Positions 19,300 to 29,606 are shown, counted from the stretch's first letter. The stretch is DNA of 64,000 nucleotides from Candidatus Altiarchaeota archaeon (GCA_043800705.1 JAZDMS010000023.1:65584-129583); one strand, 5' to 3'. Notes: a model not told the origin generated them from the sequence alone. Translations and numbers: made by a program.

Positions 19300-20352
19300 T
19301 TGCTCATGGGCTGGTTCGGGTCTAGGCTGCTGACTGCTGTCGGATTCATGGCCTTTTCCGCTTTGCTTTGGCATCTGCTTGCAGGCTTCAGTTACAGGCT
19401 CATGTTCGCGGCAGTGCCTGTCCTTTTCGCGGTGCAGATTACGCTATGCGACGCACTGGAGGGGATCGTCATGTCCAAGGTGGGCTGGCGGACCAAATGG
19501 TTCACTCTCATCATCGCTCCGGGGACCATACTCCACGAACTCTGCCACCTCTTTGCGGCGCTGGCGACAGGCTGCACGGTGACGAAGGCCGCCCTCTTCC
19601 GGCCCAATCCCTCCACCGGGGTCCTGGGATACGTCGCATACACCCAACCCGACGACCGCCTCGTCGTCTTCAGGGAGTTCCTCGTCGGCTTCGCCCCGTT
19701 CTTCGGCTGCGGGCTTCTCCTGGTCGCAGTCGGCGGAATGTCCGGATTCGACGCCCTCTCGTTCATGGACGCGGCGCCGATCCCCGACGTCGGAGGATTC
19801 GCGGACATGGCGCAGAGGATGGCCTCATCGGCGACATCATCACTTTCCGGCCTAGACCTGTCGAAGCCTTCGGTGTGGTTCCTCATCTATCTGCAGATGT
19901 GTTTCACGTTCGGGGCCGCGCCCAGCACCGTGGATTTCAAGGGCGCATTATCTTCGCTGTACCGGCACATCGTCAGCGCGGCCGTCTTCCTGGCGTTTGC
20001 CGCATTCGTCGTCCTGGCTTCGCAGAATCGGCTGGGCCTCGGGGGGTACGAGGATTTCGTCCAGTCCGCCATAGGAGCCTTCCTGGGGTTCACGCTCGTC
20101 GTCATGACGTTGTCCTGCCTCCTTATGGCGGCGATCCTTCCCGTGCTGTATTTCGCGGTGAAGGTCCTGGAGCTGGAGGGAACGAGCAAGACAATACCCC
20201 TCACCGCCGGCTTCCTCGCCTGCTACTACGGAAATATGGAGTACGGACGGGATGCGGGACTCGCAGCTGCAGCATGCGTTTCGGTCGTGGCGTACCTACT
20301 CCTCAGATGGACGAACAAGCCCGCCACAAGGAAAGGCCGGGGGAAATCCTAG
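19300..20352 (+). CDS. Membrane protein with HExxH, M50-like metallopeptidase
   Basis: APGTILHELCH, LGYV, GFAP, APS..D; many TM segments. Confidence 0.7.
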   Translation: MLMGWFGSRLLTAVGFMAFSALLWHLLAGFSYRLMFAAVPVLFAVQITLCDALEGIVMSKVGWRTKWFTLIIAPGTILHELCHLFAALATGCTVTKAALFRPNPSTGVLGYVAYTQPDDRLVVFREFLVGFAPFFGCGLLLVAVGGMSGFDALSFMDAAPIPDVGGFADMAQRMASSATSSLSGLDLSKPSVWFLIYLQMCFTFGAAPSTVDFKGALSSLYRHIVSAAVFLAFAAFVVLASQNRLGLGGYEDFVQSAIGAFLGFTLVVMTLSCLLMAAILPVLYFAVKVLELEGTSKTIPLTAGFLACYYGNMEYGRDAGLAAAACVSVVAYLLLRWTNKPATRKGRGKS

Positions 20353-22286
20353 CCGGTTCTTTTACGTTTTGGATCCCTCAAGACGATTGCTGCCGCGCCC
20401 GCCAGAGCTATCATTGCCGGGATCTTCAGGGCGATGCTTCCGTCCTCCAACCTCTCCAGTTCGGCTAAAACGTCCTTTCCGGAACGGCATACGGCGCCGA
20501 ACATGGGCGGCGAGTATCCTCCCCTCCCGTCTTTGAACAGGTTCCTTTCGAACGTGTCCTTCAGCGTGTTGGTCGCCACGAATTCGTCCAGGCTGCAGAC
20601 CCTGTCGAAGACGGATTCGATATATGCCTTCGCGTCTTGCCCCAGCTGTATGCAGTATTTCGGGTTCCTGAAATAGAACGTCGTCACCTGGTTGCCTATC
20701 CTCATCCTGCTGAACTTCGGCAGGTATACCGTGCAGCCTTCGCTCATCTTGTCCTTGTCGGCTTTGGCAAGCACGCGCCAGAGGTGGGTCTTCGTCTGCG
20801 AGGGGCCTATGTACGTCCCGAAGTACCTGTCGGCTTCGATTCCCTGGGCGAGGGCGGTCTCCCTGTCGTTCAACGTGTACGGGAGGTTGCGGTTGTCGAC
20901 CATCCCGTATTCCAGCAGGGCGGGCGTGAAATAGTCCATGGACAGGTCGATCTGGGGGGCGCTCGTCCAGTCCACCTGCGCCATGTCGGTTTTCGTGTCG
21001 GCGTCGCGGAGTATGTTGTACATTCCCCAGTCCGCCAGCACAGGGCCGTCGTTTTTCGGCAGAAGCCTGTACACTCCGTCGACGAGGCTCCTCAGTTCCT
21101 CCACATCGTTCAGCAGGTTCCCTTTACCGTTCAGCTGGATATACGACCACTCCCTGAATGTCGTTCCCTGATGGGGCTTCAATCCCCCGAAGAACAATGC
21201 GGCCACGACGATGATGGCGCACATCGCCGTCATCTTGCGCTCCGGCAGCCTGCATGCCGCCCTGCCGACGATTATGAAGAGGAAAAAAACGGGGAAGATG
21301 ACATAGTAGGATTCCAATGTGCTGTCCATGAAGTAGCCGTACATAGTGCCCCTCGTTATCGTGCCCATGAAGGACGAGACCGCATACGCAGCTGCAACCT
21401 CGTCGCCGGTGCGGATGTAGTATGCGACCGCGGCTGCAAGAAGGAGATAGAATATCAGGATGTCCGGGTTACCGACCGGATTTGTAGTCACGACGACAAA
21501 AAGTGTCTGCAGGAACGTCGAATGCGCGGGCTTGATCTGCGAGAATATCGTGTAGACCAGTATGTTCGGAAATATCAGAACCATGATTCCCACACCGATG
21601 GCTATCGGCGCCGCAAATGTTGCCCCAGCTTTGACGAGCGGCCCCCACAAGATCCGCCTCTTTTTCGGGTCGTATGCCTTTTTTCCGACAATCAGCATAA
21701 GGGCGATAAAAAGGCCAGCGACCGCCGACAAGACGCTTGCCTTGGATGCTAGGGCGAGAAGCAGCATCGTCGAAGATGCCGCGACGGCCTTCAATCCACT
21801 GTGGGTGAAGAGGATATACGTCCCGATCATCATGAAGAAGCATGCGAGCATAGTGGCGAGGTCCCCTCTGGAGCTGCCCCAATCAATCTGCTGGGGGGTC
21901 AGTATCAGGGCATAGGCCGCAGCCAACGCGATGGCGAGGGACGGCCTCTTCGGTTTGACGAGGCGCAGGATCAGGAACAGGCAGCAGGTATGCAGGATCA
22001 TTGTCAGGATGTACGCGAACATCTGCATCTTCCCCACGTCTGCCAGCCTGAAGGCGAGACCGACGAGGTACGTCATCGGAGGCTGTATGCATTCGGACCT
22101 GCCGCCTCCGTAGAGGGTGCCTTTCTGCAGGAATTCGGTGCACTGGTACCAGCGGACCTGATAGGCCTGCGACCTGAATTCGGTCATATAATAGTAGCTG
22201 GAAAACACGAACAGGATAGAGACGATCGCCCAAAGGCGCATATCGATCGCCGGGTTATTGGCGGACTTTTTTTGCCTGGCCATCAT
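20349..22286 (-). CDS. Large polytopic membrane protein, possibly a GT-C glycosyltransferase
   Basis: QPP motif after the first TM, about 11 TMs, soluble C-terminal domain; start placed at MMARQKK. Confidence 0.55.
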   Translation of the reverse strand: MMARQKKSANNPAIDMRLWAIVSILFVFSSYYYMTEFRSQAYQVRWYQCTEFLQKGTLYGGGRSECIQPPMTYLVGLAFRLADVGKMQMFAYILTMILHTCCLFLILRLVKPKRPSLAIALAAAYALILTPQQIDWGSSRGDLATMLACFFMMIGTYILFTHSGLKAVAASSTMLLLALASKASVLSAVAGLFIALMLIVGKKAYDPKKRRILWGPLVKAGATFAAPIAIGVGIMVLIFPNILVYTIFSQIKPAHSTFLQTLFVVVTTNPVGNPDILIFYLLLAAAVAYYIRTGDEVAAAYAVSSFMGTITRGTMYGYFMDSTLESYYVIFPVFFLFIIVGRAACRLPERKMTAMCAIIVVAALFFGGLKPHQGTTFREWSYIQLNGKGNLLNDVEELRSLVDGVYRLLPKNDGPVLADWGMYNILRDADTKTDMAQVDWTSAPQIDLSMDYFTPALLEYGMVDNRNLPYTLNDRETALAQGIEADRYFGTYIGPSQTKTHLWRVLAKADKDKMSEGCTVYLPKFSRMRIGNQVTTFYFRNPKYCIQLGQDAKAYIESVFDRVCSLDEFVATNTLKDTFERNLFKDGRGGYSPPMFGAVCRSGKDVLAELERLEDGSIALKIPAMIALAGAAAIVLRDPKRKRTG

Positions 22287-22318
22287 TATACCCATATAAC
22301 CATAATCTAAATTCCTGC

Positions 22319-23086
22319 TCAGACAATCCTCCCCTCGCCCGGGGGCATCATCCTCTGTATGTCGTCTAGTTCCGCCTCCATGAGTTTCAGCTTTATCTTC
22401 TTCGCCAATGCGCCCTGCGGGACGTCTCCGACTCCCAATATCACGTATTCCTTCGTCTTGGCTGCTATGGCCTCCTTCGGGCCTCCGATGACCTGTCCGC
22501 CGACTAACCCCACAGCGGCCTCTAACCTGACTCCCTTGTGCCATGTCTTTTCGCCGTATACCATGAAGGCGCCTTTGGGCAGGTATTCGCCGGCTGGCGG
22601 GCTCTTTGATATCTGTTCCGGCCTGACGCTGTAAACGTCTGCGGCTCCGCGACCGCTCGCCCATGCCTTACTGTATGAGGCTGACGCGGTCGCCGCCTGC
22701 TCGACCGTCGCCTGCGGCACCTCCTTGCCTTCGGGGTTCTTGACGACGAAAAACGGCGCGCCCTGCACGTTGGCGTGGAATACACTGTCCCTGGGCTCCA
22801 GGTGCTTCTTGATGAGTATCTCGTTGGATGTGGCGTCTTTGCCGCCTATCACGAGAAATCCGTCCGACGAGTCGAACCAGCGGAACTTCTCATACCACCT
22901 CCTCTCAACCCTCTTCCTCATCTTCGGCTGCTCGTGGACCTCTTCGGCGACGGACTCCAGCTTCCTCTTCGAGTCCGCTATCGCCTTCTGCATCCCCTCT
23001 AGTTTGCCCCTGTATTTCTTCGCCTGATCGTAGCACTCCTTGGCGTTGTCTGGGACGCTTTTCCGAAGGTCTATGACGACTTCCAT
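22319..23086 (-). CDS. NFACT-R (DUF814) domain protein, short Rqc2/RqcH-like form
   Basis: WYEKFRWF.SSDG.LVIGGKDA..NE, FHA, P.QISK....GEYL.KGAF. Confidence 0.9.
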   Translation of the reverse strand: MEVVIDLRKSVPDNAKECYDQAKKYRGKLEGMQKAIADSKRKLESVAEEVHEQPKMRKRVERRWYEKFRWFDSSDGFLVIGGKDATSNEILIKKHLEPRDSVFHANVQGAPFFVVKNPEGKEVPQATVEQAATASASYSKAWASGRGAADVYSVRPEQISKSPPAGEYLPKGAFMVYGEKTWHKGVRLEAAVGLVGGQVIGGPKEAIAAKTKEYVILGVGDVPQGALAKKIKLKLMEAELDDIQRMMPPGEGRIV

Positions 23087-23124
23087 GGTATAGGATAAAT
23101 ACGGGCCCGGCAATATATTCCCCC

Positions 23125-23406
23125 ATGGGGAAGAATCCTTGGATCGCTGCGGGCCTGAGCCTGTTGTTTGGCGGACTCGGCCAGTTCTACGTCGGCGACT
23201 GGCTGAAGGGGCTGGCGTTTCTGGTCATGGATTTTGCGACAGGATACGTCTACCTCCATGTGAACGCCGAGCTCGGGGCGGCGGCAAATATCGTTGTCGG
23301 GGTGGTCGCAATAACCGACGCATACAACGGTGCGAAGAGGAAGAATGCAGGCGCTCCGGCTCCGAAGGCAGCGGAGCATGTACACCCCCCGCTCAGGGTC
23401 TTTTAG
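23125..23406 (+). CDS. Small membrane protein (TM2-like)
   Basis: KNPWIAAGLSLLFGGLGQFY.G. Confidence 0.7.
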   Translation: MGKNPWIAAGLSLLFGGLGQFYVGDWLKGLAFLVMDFATGYVYLHVNAELGAAANIVVGVVAITDAYNGAKRKNAGAPAPKAAEHVHPPLRVF

Positions 23407-24034
23407 CCTTTCTGTGGTTCATGAATTCCATGAACGGCGGGATGAGGGATACGAATATTATCGCGAATATCACGAGCGTGAAGTTGTCCCTGACGACCGG
23501 CATGTTCCCGAAGAAGTATCCCGCGAATATGAATATGGCGTTCCAGAGTATTCCGCCGACAAGGTTGTAGGTCAGGAAGACCGGATACCTCATGCTCCCT
23601 ATGCCCGCCACGAACGGTGCGAAAGTCCTGATAATGGGCACGAACCTTGCGAGGATTATGGTCTTGCCCCCGTGCCTCTCGTAGAACCTCTCCGTCCTCT
23701 CGAGGTACTCCTTGTTTATCAGGCGCCTGCCCTCCCACTTCAGGTTGGGGCCGACGTATTTCCCGGCCCAGTAGTTGACGGTGTCGCCGATAATGGATGC
23801 GACCGTCAAGACGATGAACAGCCAGAACACGTTGAAGGAGCCCGTTGCCGCGAACGCCCCAGCCGTGAAAAGGAGCGAGTCACCGGGCAGGAAAGGCATT
23901 ATCACGAGCCCAGTCTCACAGAAGATGATAAGAAATAGGATGATGTATGTCCAGGCACCAAACTCCTGTATCAGCTGCCCGAGATGCCTGTCCAGGTGGA
24001 TTATGAAATCCACGAACCAGGACAGGATATCCAT
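23393..24034 (-). CDS. dedA: DedA family membrane protein
   Basis: FCETGLV..PFLPGDSLLF, GD.VNY..G, ARFVPIIRTFAPFVAG. Confidence 0.95.
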   Translation of the reverse strand: MDILSWFVDFIIHLDRHLGQLIQEFGAWTYIILFLIIFCETGLVIMPFLPGDSLLFTAGAFAATGSFNVFWLFIVLTVASIIGDTVNYWAGKYVGPNLKWEGRRLINKEYLERTERFYERHGGKTIILARFVPIIRTFAPFVAGIGSMRYPVFLTYNLVGGILWNAIFIFAGYFFGNMPVVRDNFTLVIFAIIFVSLIPPFMEFMNHRKAKRP

Positions 24035-24037
24035 GGC

Positions 24038-24895
24038 CTACTCCTTCTTGTCAAGTTCGGCCTGCAGTTCAGGAGGCAGGACGCTCTTCACAGACTTCGC
24101 CGCCGCGTCGGCCCTGGCGAGGTAGATCCCGATGGTCTCCTTGTTGACGATCTTCGCGTTGATCATCAGGTTCCTCGTCTTGACCACTGCGTCGGCTATC
24201 ATGTACGGCATCACCGCCTTGCTGTAGACCTTTGCGTTGACTGCGAGGTTCAGCGCCTTCAGGTGGGCGTCAGCGATCTTAGCCTTAGTCTCCTCCTCGT
24301 CTGTGTGGAGGATGTCTCCGGAGTATACCATCTCGCCATCGTATGCGGCGGCTACTTTGAGGATTATCTCCATCGGCTCTACGCCGAGCCTTGCGAGGAC
24401 CGCAGACACCTTGTCGTTGACTACCTGGCCCTGCTTGACAAGGAGCGAATCCTCCGTGACCGTGATCTTGCCGGACTGTATCTTCGCCTTGACGCCCGCC
24501 CCTTGCAGGTCGCCGATTATAGGTCCTGCAGGCAGTCCGGTGTCGCCTGCGGGGACTATGAGGTCGAAGGGCGCGATGCTTCCCGGCTTTGCGGGGGCCC
24601 TCGTCTTGCAGCCGTATATCATCTTCTCCAGCTGGAACGGGTTCAGGTCGGAGAATACGATGCCTGAGGGGCCTGCGACGTACTCGTCCATGCCCTTTAT
24701 CCCGGCCTTGCCGAGCGCCTTCTTTATGAGGGTGGAGCGTGCTACGAATATGTCAGCCTTCCCCTTGAATTGCCTCTTCATGTTCTGCATCTGCTTCGAA
24801 GGGACGCTCTTGATGCTTACGATGCCCACCGTCTTGTGGGCCTTGATCTTCTTAGAGAACCGGTCGACCGTGTCCTTCTTCCACGTCGCTACCAT
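24038..24895 (-). CDS. rpl10: 50S ribosomal protein uL10 (aP0), lacking the usual acidic C-terminal tail
   Basis: ATWKK, PAKPG.IAP.D..VPAGDTG...GP; follows rpl1. Confidence 0.93.
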   Translation of the reverse strand: MVATWKKDTVDRFSKKIKAHKTVGIVSIKSVPSKQMQNMKRQFKGKADIFVARSTLIKKALGKAGIKGMDEYVAGPSGIVFSDLNPFQLEKMIYGCKTRAPAKPGSIAPFDLIVPAGDTGLPAGPIIGDLQGAGVKAKIQSGKITVTEDSLLVKQGQVVNDKVSAVLARLGVEPMEIILKVAAAYDGEMVYSGDILHTDEEETKAKIADAHLKALNLAVNAKVYSKAVMPYMIADAVVKTRNLMINAKIVNKETIGIYLARADAAAKSVKSVLPPELQAELDKKE

Positions 24896-25518
24896 ATCCT
24901 CACCGCCTCGCCCATGGTCGTCTTCACGAAAAGCGACTTGATGTTGTCCTTGGGTATGACACGCTCTATCGCGGTGTAGACGGCGAGCACGTTCTCTGCG
25001 ATATCCGCAGCCTGCATCTCATCTGAGCCCACTGGTATCTGTATCATGGGTAGCTTCTTCGTCTTGATCCTGACGGTGTTCTTGGCACGCTTGATGAGCT
25101 CTTCGATCGGCGCGTTGCCGGGGACCGGCTGCGGCATCTTACCGCGGGGACCCAATACGATACCCCACGACTTCCCGATCTGGCCCATCATGTCCGCCTG
25201 AGCGAGGAAACTGTAGCACTGGCCGGCGTAGACGCGCATCTTCCTCTTGTTAGAGGAGTACTCCTCCATCTCCGCCTTGCTCATGACGTGCTTCGAAGCC
25301 TGCTTCGCGCGGACGTTCATGTCGCCGTCGCCGAAGACGCCGACCTCGATGTCTTTGCCCCTGCCTTTGGGCAGGTTGACGTTGAGGTTCAGCTTATGGG
25401 CGCCCTCTATCTCGACGCCCTGGAAGTTGAACATGACATCCACTGTCTGCTTGAACTTTCGCTCCGTCTTCTTAGACAAAGCCTCCTCGATCTTGGGTAC
25501 GAATTCGCTTGCTTCCAT
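24889..25518 (-). CDS. rpl1: 50S ribosomal protein uL1
   Basis: RKFKQTVD, LPKGRGK, LGPRGKMP, VKTTMG. Confidence 0.96.
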   Translation of the reverse strand: MEASEFVPKIEEALSKKTERKFKQTVDVMFNFQGVEIEGAHKLNLNVNLPKGRGKDIEVGVFGDGDMNVRAKQASKHVMSKAEMEEYSSNKRKMRVYAGQCYSFLAQADMMGQIGKSWGIVLGPRGKMPQPVPGNAPIEELIKRAKNTVRIKTKKLPMIQIPVGSDEMQAADIAENVLAVYTAIERVIPKDNIKSLFVKTTMGEAVRIW

Positions 25519-25658
25519 TATCTTAGCCCTCCTAGCCGAAAAGTCGGCTAGTACAACGGGTTTTAAAGAATAAGCAATACTCCTATAAAAGCGCGCATTA
25601 TCCCCGTGTAATCAACGATTTAAGCTCGCAACGCCATATTACTATACAAGGTATATTC

Positions 25659-26267
25659 ATGAGTCCGACGACAAACGAGATCGTCCAGGCCATTCGCGAC
25701 CCCGCACTTCTGGAACAGGTGAAGCAGGTCGAGATCGACCAGCTCAGGAAATTGAAGACCGGCGGGGAAGGCCGGCAGACGACGGAACCCACGAACCTGA
25801 ACGACTTCCTCATGGACCTCCATGGCGGGGGGATGGCCAAGGAGCTTAACCAATTCTTCGTGAGGATGACCGATGCCCAGGGTTCATTGCAGAAGCTGGC
25901 CAAGCGCCTGAGGGGTCCTCTCAAGGAGCAGGCAAACAAAGGCATCGAGATGTTCTCGCCGGAAGTGGTGGCCCGGACGGATAGCGGCATCATCATAAAG
26001 TTGACGGCTCAACGCGGGAAGCTGGAGACGTCCTCCAATTTCCACCCGAAAGAGGGATTCGCAGCCGGAAATGCATTGACGCCCATCGGAAAAAACGAGC
26101 GGGTCATGTGGTCTTTGGCTGTCCAAAAAAGCGAGATGATGACGCTCGACGGAGTGAAGGAGAAGGTATTGGCGGGCATAACCGGATACAAGGAGAATGC
26201 CCTTGCCGGGTTGATGTTGGTTTCAGAGGCGTTGGAGGGGCGGATCTGCCCCCCGCAGAAAAAATGA
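25659..26267 (+). CDS. Hypothetical protein
   Basis: 202-aa ORF with ATG start; no motif recognised. Confidence 0.6.
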   Translation: MSPTTNEIVQAIRDPALLEQVKQVEIDQLRKLKTGGEGRQTTEPTNLNDFLMDLHGGGMAKELNQFFVRMTDAQGSLQKLAKRLRGPLKEQANKGIEMFSPEVVARTDSGIIIKLTAQRGKLETSSNFHPKEGFAAGNALTPIGKNERVMWSLAVQKSEMMTLDGVKEKVLAGITGYKENALAGLMLVSEALEGRICPPQKK

Positions 26268-26418
26268 ACGAAAAGGACGAACTCAAGCGGATAAAGGCCG
26301 AAGTATTGGAGACCCTGAAGCTGGCGGACGCGTTCGTCGAGAAACACTGCAAAAAGGGGAAATAGGTCCTATGCCCGGAAGTAGAGCACCGTCAGCCTTT
26401 CCCTTCCCCTGTGATATG

Positions 26419-26775
26419 TCACGGCAGCCAGGAGTTCGCCGTCTCGTGGACCTGGCCGATCTCCAGCGGGAATCCCCCGAAGGTCGGTTCATCGGGGTTG
26501 ACGACCTGTATCTTGGCGGGTTTCCCCACGTTGTTGGGTTCAGTACTAACGCCGCAGTCGACTCCAGCAGCCCTGACTTTTTTCCAGTCCTCCTCCGACG
26601 GCACCTTGTCGGCAGGCAATGCCGCCTTCGGCAGGGGGACGTCCCTCATACCTGCCCTAGACAAAGCCGTCTTGAGAGCCTTCAGCTCCGGGCCCAGGCT
26701 GGCGTCTGCTACCTTAACTGGCGGTACCGAAGGATTCGACCCTAAATTTGCTTCCCTCTCGACCATATCAATCAA
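26419..26775 (-). CDS. Hypothetical protein
   Basis: ORF only. Confidence 0.45.
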   Translation of the reverse strand: MIDMVEREANLGSNPSVPPVKVADASLGPELKALKTALSRAGMRDVPLPKAALPADKVPSEEDWKKVRAAGVDCGVSTEPNNVGKPAKIQVVNPDEPTFGGFPLEIGQVHETANSWLP

Positions 26776-26894
26776 TGGGGAGCATCCGAATACATCCTAA
26801 AGCCTGAGTCGGGATTGTCGCTTTCCCGCTGTGGGTGCCTAGCCTTTCGCTACAGCCTTCTCCCCCTTGATCTCTTCAATGTGGCCGATGGGAT

Positions 26895-28007
26895 TCACTT
26901 CTTCTTTTTCAGAAGGAGCATTAGCTGGCCGTCAAGGTTGTCGCCGGCGTATGATTTGCCGGTCAGATGCCCCCTGTTCAGCCCGTATCTCATTATCTCG
27001 AATCCGAGGTCCTCGATCTCGTCCCTTGCCGGCATCTCCCTCATATGCAGTAGCAGGTCTATGGACATTCCGTACATAATCGCCGGTTCGATTACGCAGA
27101 AGCCGCCCACTTTGAGTATCTCGTGGGCGTTCGCCAGAGCCATCCTCGCCTGGCCTTCCCGGACCTGCACAGTCGCGCCTCCCGGGCTCCCGATGAATCC
27201 CTTCATACTGACTGCGGAGGACTTCATTTTGCCGAATTCGGAGCGGAACCTTTCAGGGAACGCCTCTTTGGTGGGATCGGCGTCTAGGACCCTCACACCC
27301 TCCCCATTTGCATAGGCCAGCAGCCTCGCGTTCACGTCGACGCCGATGCCCTCCGCACCTATCCCTTCGCCGCTTATGTAATTCACATATGAGGCTATGT
27401 TGCAGCCGAAGTCCACTATCCTCTCCCCCCGGAGGGATCCCATGGCTCCTACCAGGACCCGATGTATGAGTTCATACGACGGGGCTGAATTGCAGTCCTC
27501 CCCAGTACGATCCTTGAATAGTTCTCTGGCCCTCCTGGAATAATCGTCTTCAAGGGGTATCATTCTCCTATCCCAAGCCGGGAAGTGGATGGGTTCAGGC
27601 AGCAGCCGGTAATTTTCCGGCTGGGGCCCATCTGCAAGCCGGTCAAAATAGGCTCCTGCGCGTCCGATGAAATTGCTTCTGTCAGGGGCATATCCCCCCC
27701 TGCCATTGACCTCCAATGTGCGAGCGAAGCTTTCAGGAAAATTCTCCGTGTTTGCGAGCGAAAAGGCCCCCCCGGAGAAAAGCTCCCTCGCCCCGGCTAG
27801 GTTGTCAGGGCTAAGCTGCCTTGAAAGGGCATACAGGCAAAACAGTTTTTCCCCTGGGGACTTCCTACCGAATCCCTTATATGACGGCGGACCGGTTGAT
27901 TTGACCGGTTGAGCCGGCATCAGAGCTGAAAATGGAGCATGTTGTAGTCCCTGCGGATAGTGCTCTTTCCTCTTATGGGCCCATTCTGGCATAAACAATA
28001 CCCGCAT
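26895..28007 (-). CDS. Putative class I SAM-dependent methyltransferase
   Basis: IVDFGCNIA (motif I-like), GIGVDVN, ILKVGG. Confidence 0.6.
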   Translation of the reverse strand: MRVLFMPEWAHKRKEHYPQGLQHAPFSALMPAQPVKSTGPPSYKGFGRKSPGEKLFCLYALSRQLSPDNLAGARELFSGGAFSLANTENFPESFARTLEVNGRGGYAPDRSNFIGRAGAYFDRLADGPQPENYRLLPEPIHFPAWDRRMIPLEDDYSRRARELFKDRTGEDCNSAPSYELIHRVLVGAMGSLRGERIVDFGCNIASYVNYISGEGIGAEGIGVDVNARLLAYANGEGVRVLDADPTKEAFPERFRSEFGKMKSSAVSMKGFIGSPGGATVQVREGQARMALANAHEILKVGGFCVIEPAIMYGMSIDLLLHMREMPARDEIEDLGFEIMRYGLNRGHLTGKSYAGDNLDGQLMLLLKKKK

Positions 28008-28075
28008 CCGCGATTAAAATACGAAACCCACGGTGCGGGAAAAATAACGGGAAAAAATCGAAGAAGGGAAGAGCA

Positions 28076-28756
28076 TTACTTCTTCTCCTTCTTGCCTTCC
28101 GGCTTCTTATCCGCGGCTGGCTTCTTGTCGCCTTCGGCCTTCTTCTCGCCTTCCGCCGCGGGTGCCGCGCCTTCTGCTGCCGCTGGAGCCTTCTCCTCCT
28201 TCTTGGCCTCTTCGATGTGGCCGAGGAGCTTCACGGTCTTGGCTTCCTTGTGGACCAGCTTCGGCATCGTCTGCGTCTTGCCGGATATGTAGTCGTCTAG
28301 TATGTTCGTCCTCAGCGCCTCCTGCATCTCCTTTGGTGTGAGGCCGTTTATGGAAATCCTCAGGCTCTGGCAGCTTCCCACCACTTCCTTAACCGCGCCT
28401 TTGAGGTCTTTTGCGAGTGTGGATCCCATCTTGCTCTTGGCGACTTCCAGTACCTGGTTGAAGCCGAGGTCTCCGATGAGCTCCTTTCCGCCGCCTCCCT
28501 TCTCGGCTCCCAGCGCCTTGACTATAAGAGCCGATGTCGGGGGGCTGCCGACTATGATATCGAACTTCTTCGTCTCGGGATCGACTTGGACTTCGACCGG
28601 GACCTTCATACCCCGAAACGATGCCGTCATCTTGTTGATCTCTTCGACCACTTTTCCTGCGTTGACGCCAAGCGGACCCAATGCGGGACCGAGCGGCGGA
28701 CCCGGCGTCGCTGCGCCGCCTTCGACCATTACCTTGACTGAAGCCTTCTTACTCAT
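28076..28756 (-). CDS. rpl11: 50S ribosomal protein uL11 with charged C-terminal extension
   Basis: GGAATPGPPLGPALGPLGVN, GMKVPV, PPTSAL. Confidence 0.96.
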   Translation of the reverse strand: MSKKASVKVMVEGGAATPGPPLGPALGPLGVNAGKVVEEINKMTASFRGMKVPVEVQVDPETKKFDIIVGSPPTSALIVKALGAEKGGGGKELIGDLGFNQVLEVAKSKMGSTLAKDLKGAVKEVVGSCQSLRISINGLTPKEMQEALRTNILDDYISGKTQTMPKLVHKEAKTVKLLGHIEEAKKEEKAPAAAEGAAPAAEGEKKAEGDKKPAADKKPEGKKEKK

Positions 28757-29261
28757 CCTTATCCCTCGTGATGACCTTGATGTCGTCGCCGCTGACTACG
28801 ACCGGAATCGGCACCGCGGCCTCTATGAGTTCGACCGTGATCTCGTTCTTGTCCTTGTCGATCTTGGCGACCCTCGCCTTCTCGCCCTTGAACGGGCCGG
28901 CTATGAGTTCTATCATATCCCCCCTGTTGACTTCCATGACCACCGACTTCGGCTTAAGCGTCTTTTCGAGGTCGGATATCGGGATGACGCCTGCGCTTTC
29001 CAGGTTTCCCTTCTCCTTCAGGAGCAGTCCGCGGGTCTTGGGGACGTCCCTTGCAAGGTCTTCAACGACTCCCGGGCTGTTCGCCTCAACGAGGACGTAG
29101 CCTTTCAGGCCTGTCGTGTAAAGGACGCTATAGATCTTTCCGCCTTCGGATTCGATGAGGGCCTTCTTGTTCTTGGCCTCCCTGTACAGGAGTTCCGCGA
29201 CTACCCTCTCCTGGCCCGCCGTCGCCTTCACTGCGTAAATCTTTGGTGTGTCCTCTGACAT
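28749..29261 (-). CDS. spt5: Transcription elongation factor Spt5/NusG
   Basis: YAVK.TAGQE, LKGYVLVEA, KOW motif GD.IELIAGPFKGEKA. Confidence 0.96.
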   Translation of the reverse strand: MSEDTPKIYAVKATAGQERVVAELLYREAKNKKALIESEGGKIYSVLYTTGLKGYVLVEANSPGVVEDLARDVPKTRGLLLKEKGNLESAGVIPISDLEKTLKPKSVVMEVNRGDMIELIAGPFKGEKARVAKIDKDKNEITVELIEAAVPIPVVVSGDDIKVITRDKDE

Positions 29262-29265
29262 TTTA

Positions 29266-29457
29266 TCACATCGCCCACTGGAAATACTGGAATATCAGGA
29301 ATATTATAAACCCAATCGTGCCTGTTATCAGTATCCCGGCGCCGCATATCTTGACCGATTCCGTATACTCGGACCTCTTCGGCTTCCTCGTCAGCCTCAG
29401 TATCCTGCGGGTCTCGCTGATGGCCCTAGCCGCCGGGCTGAAAACGTTAGCTATCAT
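29266..29457 (-). CDS. secE: Protein translocase SecE/Sec61-gamma
   Basis: RILRLTRKP...EY followed by a TM helix; lies between ftsZ and spt5. Confidence 0.9.
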   Translation of the reverse strand: MIANVFSPAARAISETRRILRLTRKPKRSEYTESVKICGAGILITGTIGFIIFLIFQYFQWAM

Positions 29458-29606
29458 GATATGGCTCCAAGTATAAGGGATTACCCCTTTATAAGTTGAG
29501 GACATAACTCTTCGGAGTACGCGTGCATCCTCTGGAGGGCCGCCGTCCTCAACATACAACCGAGAGCCGGGTTCGAGTCAAAATGCATACGCTCCCGATT
29601 AAAAGC

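Noticed and set aside
29500-29600. T-loop-like CCGGGTTCGAGTC between ftsZ and secE
   Set aside because: No acceptor or anticodon stems can be formed.
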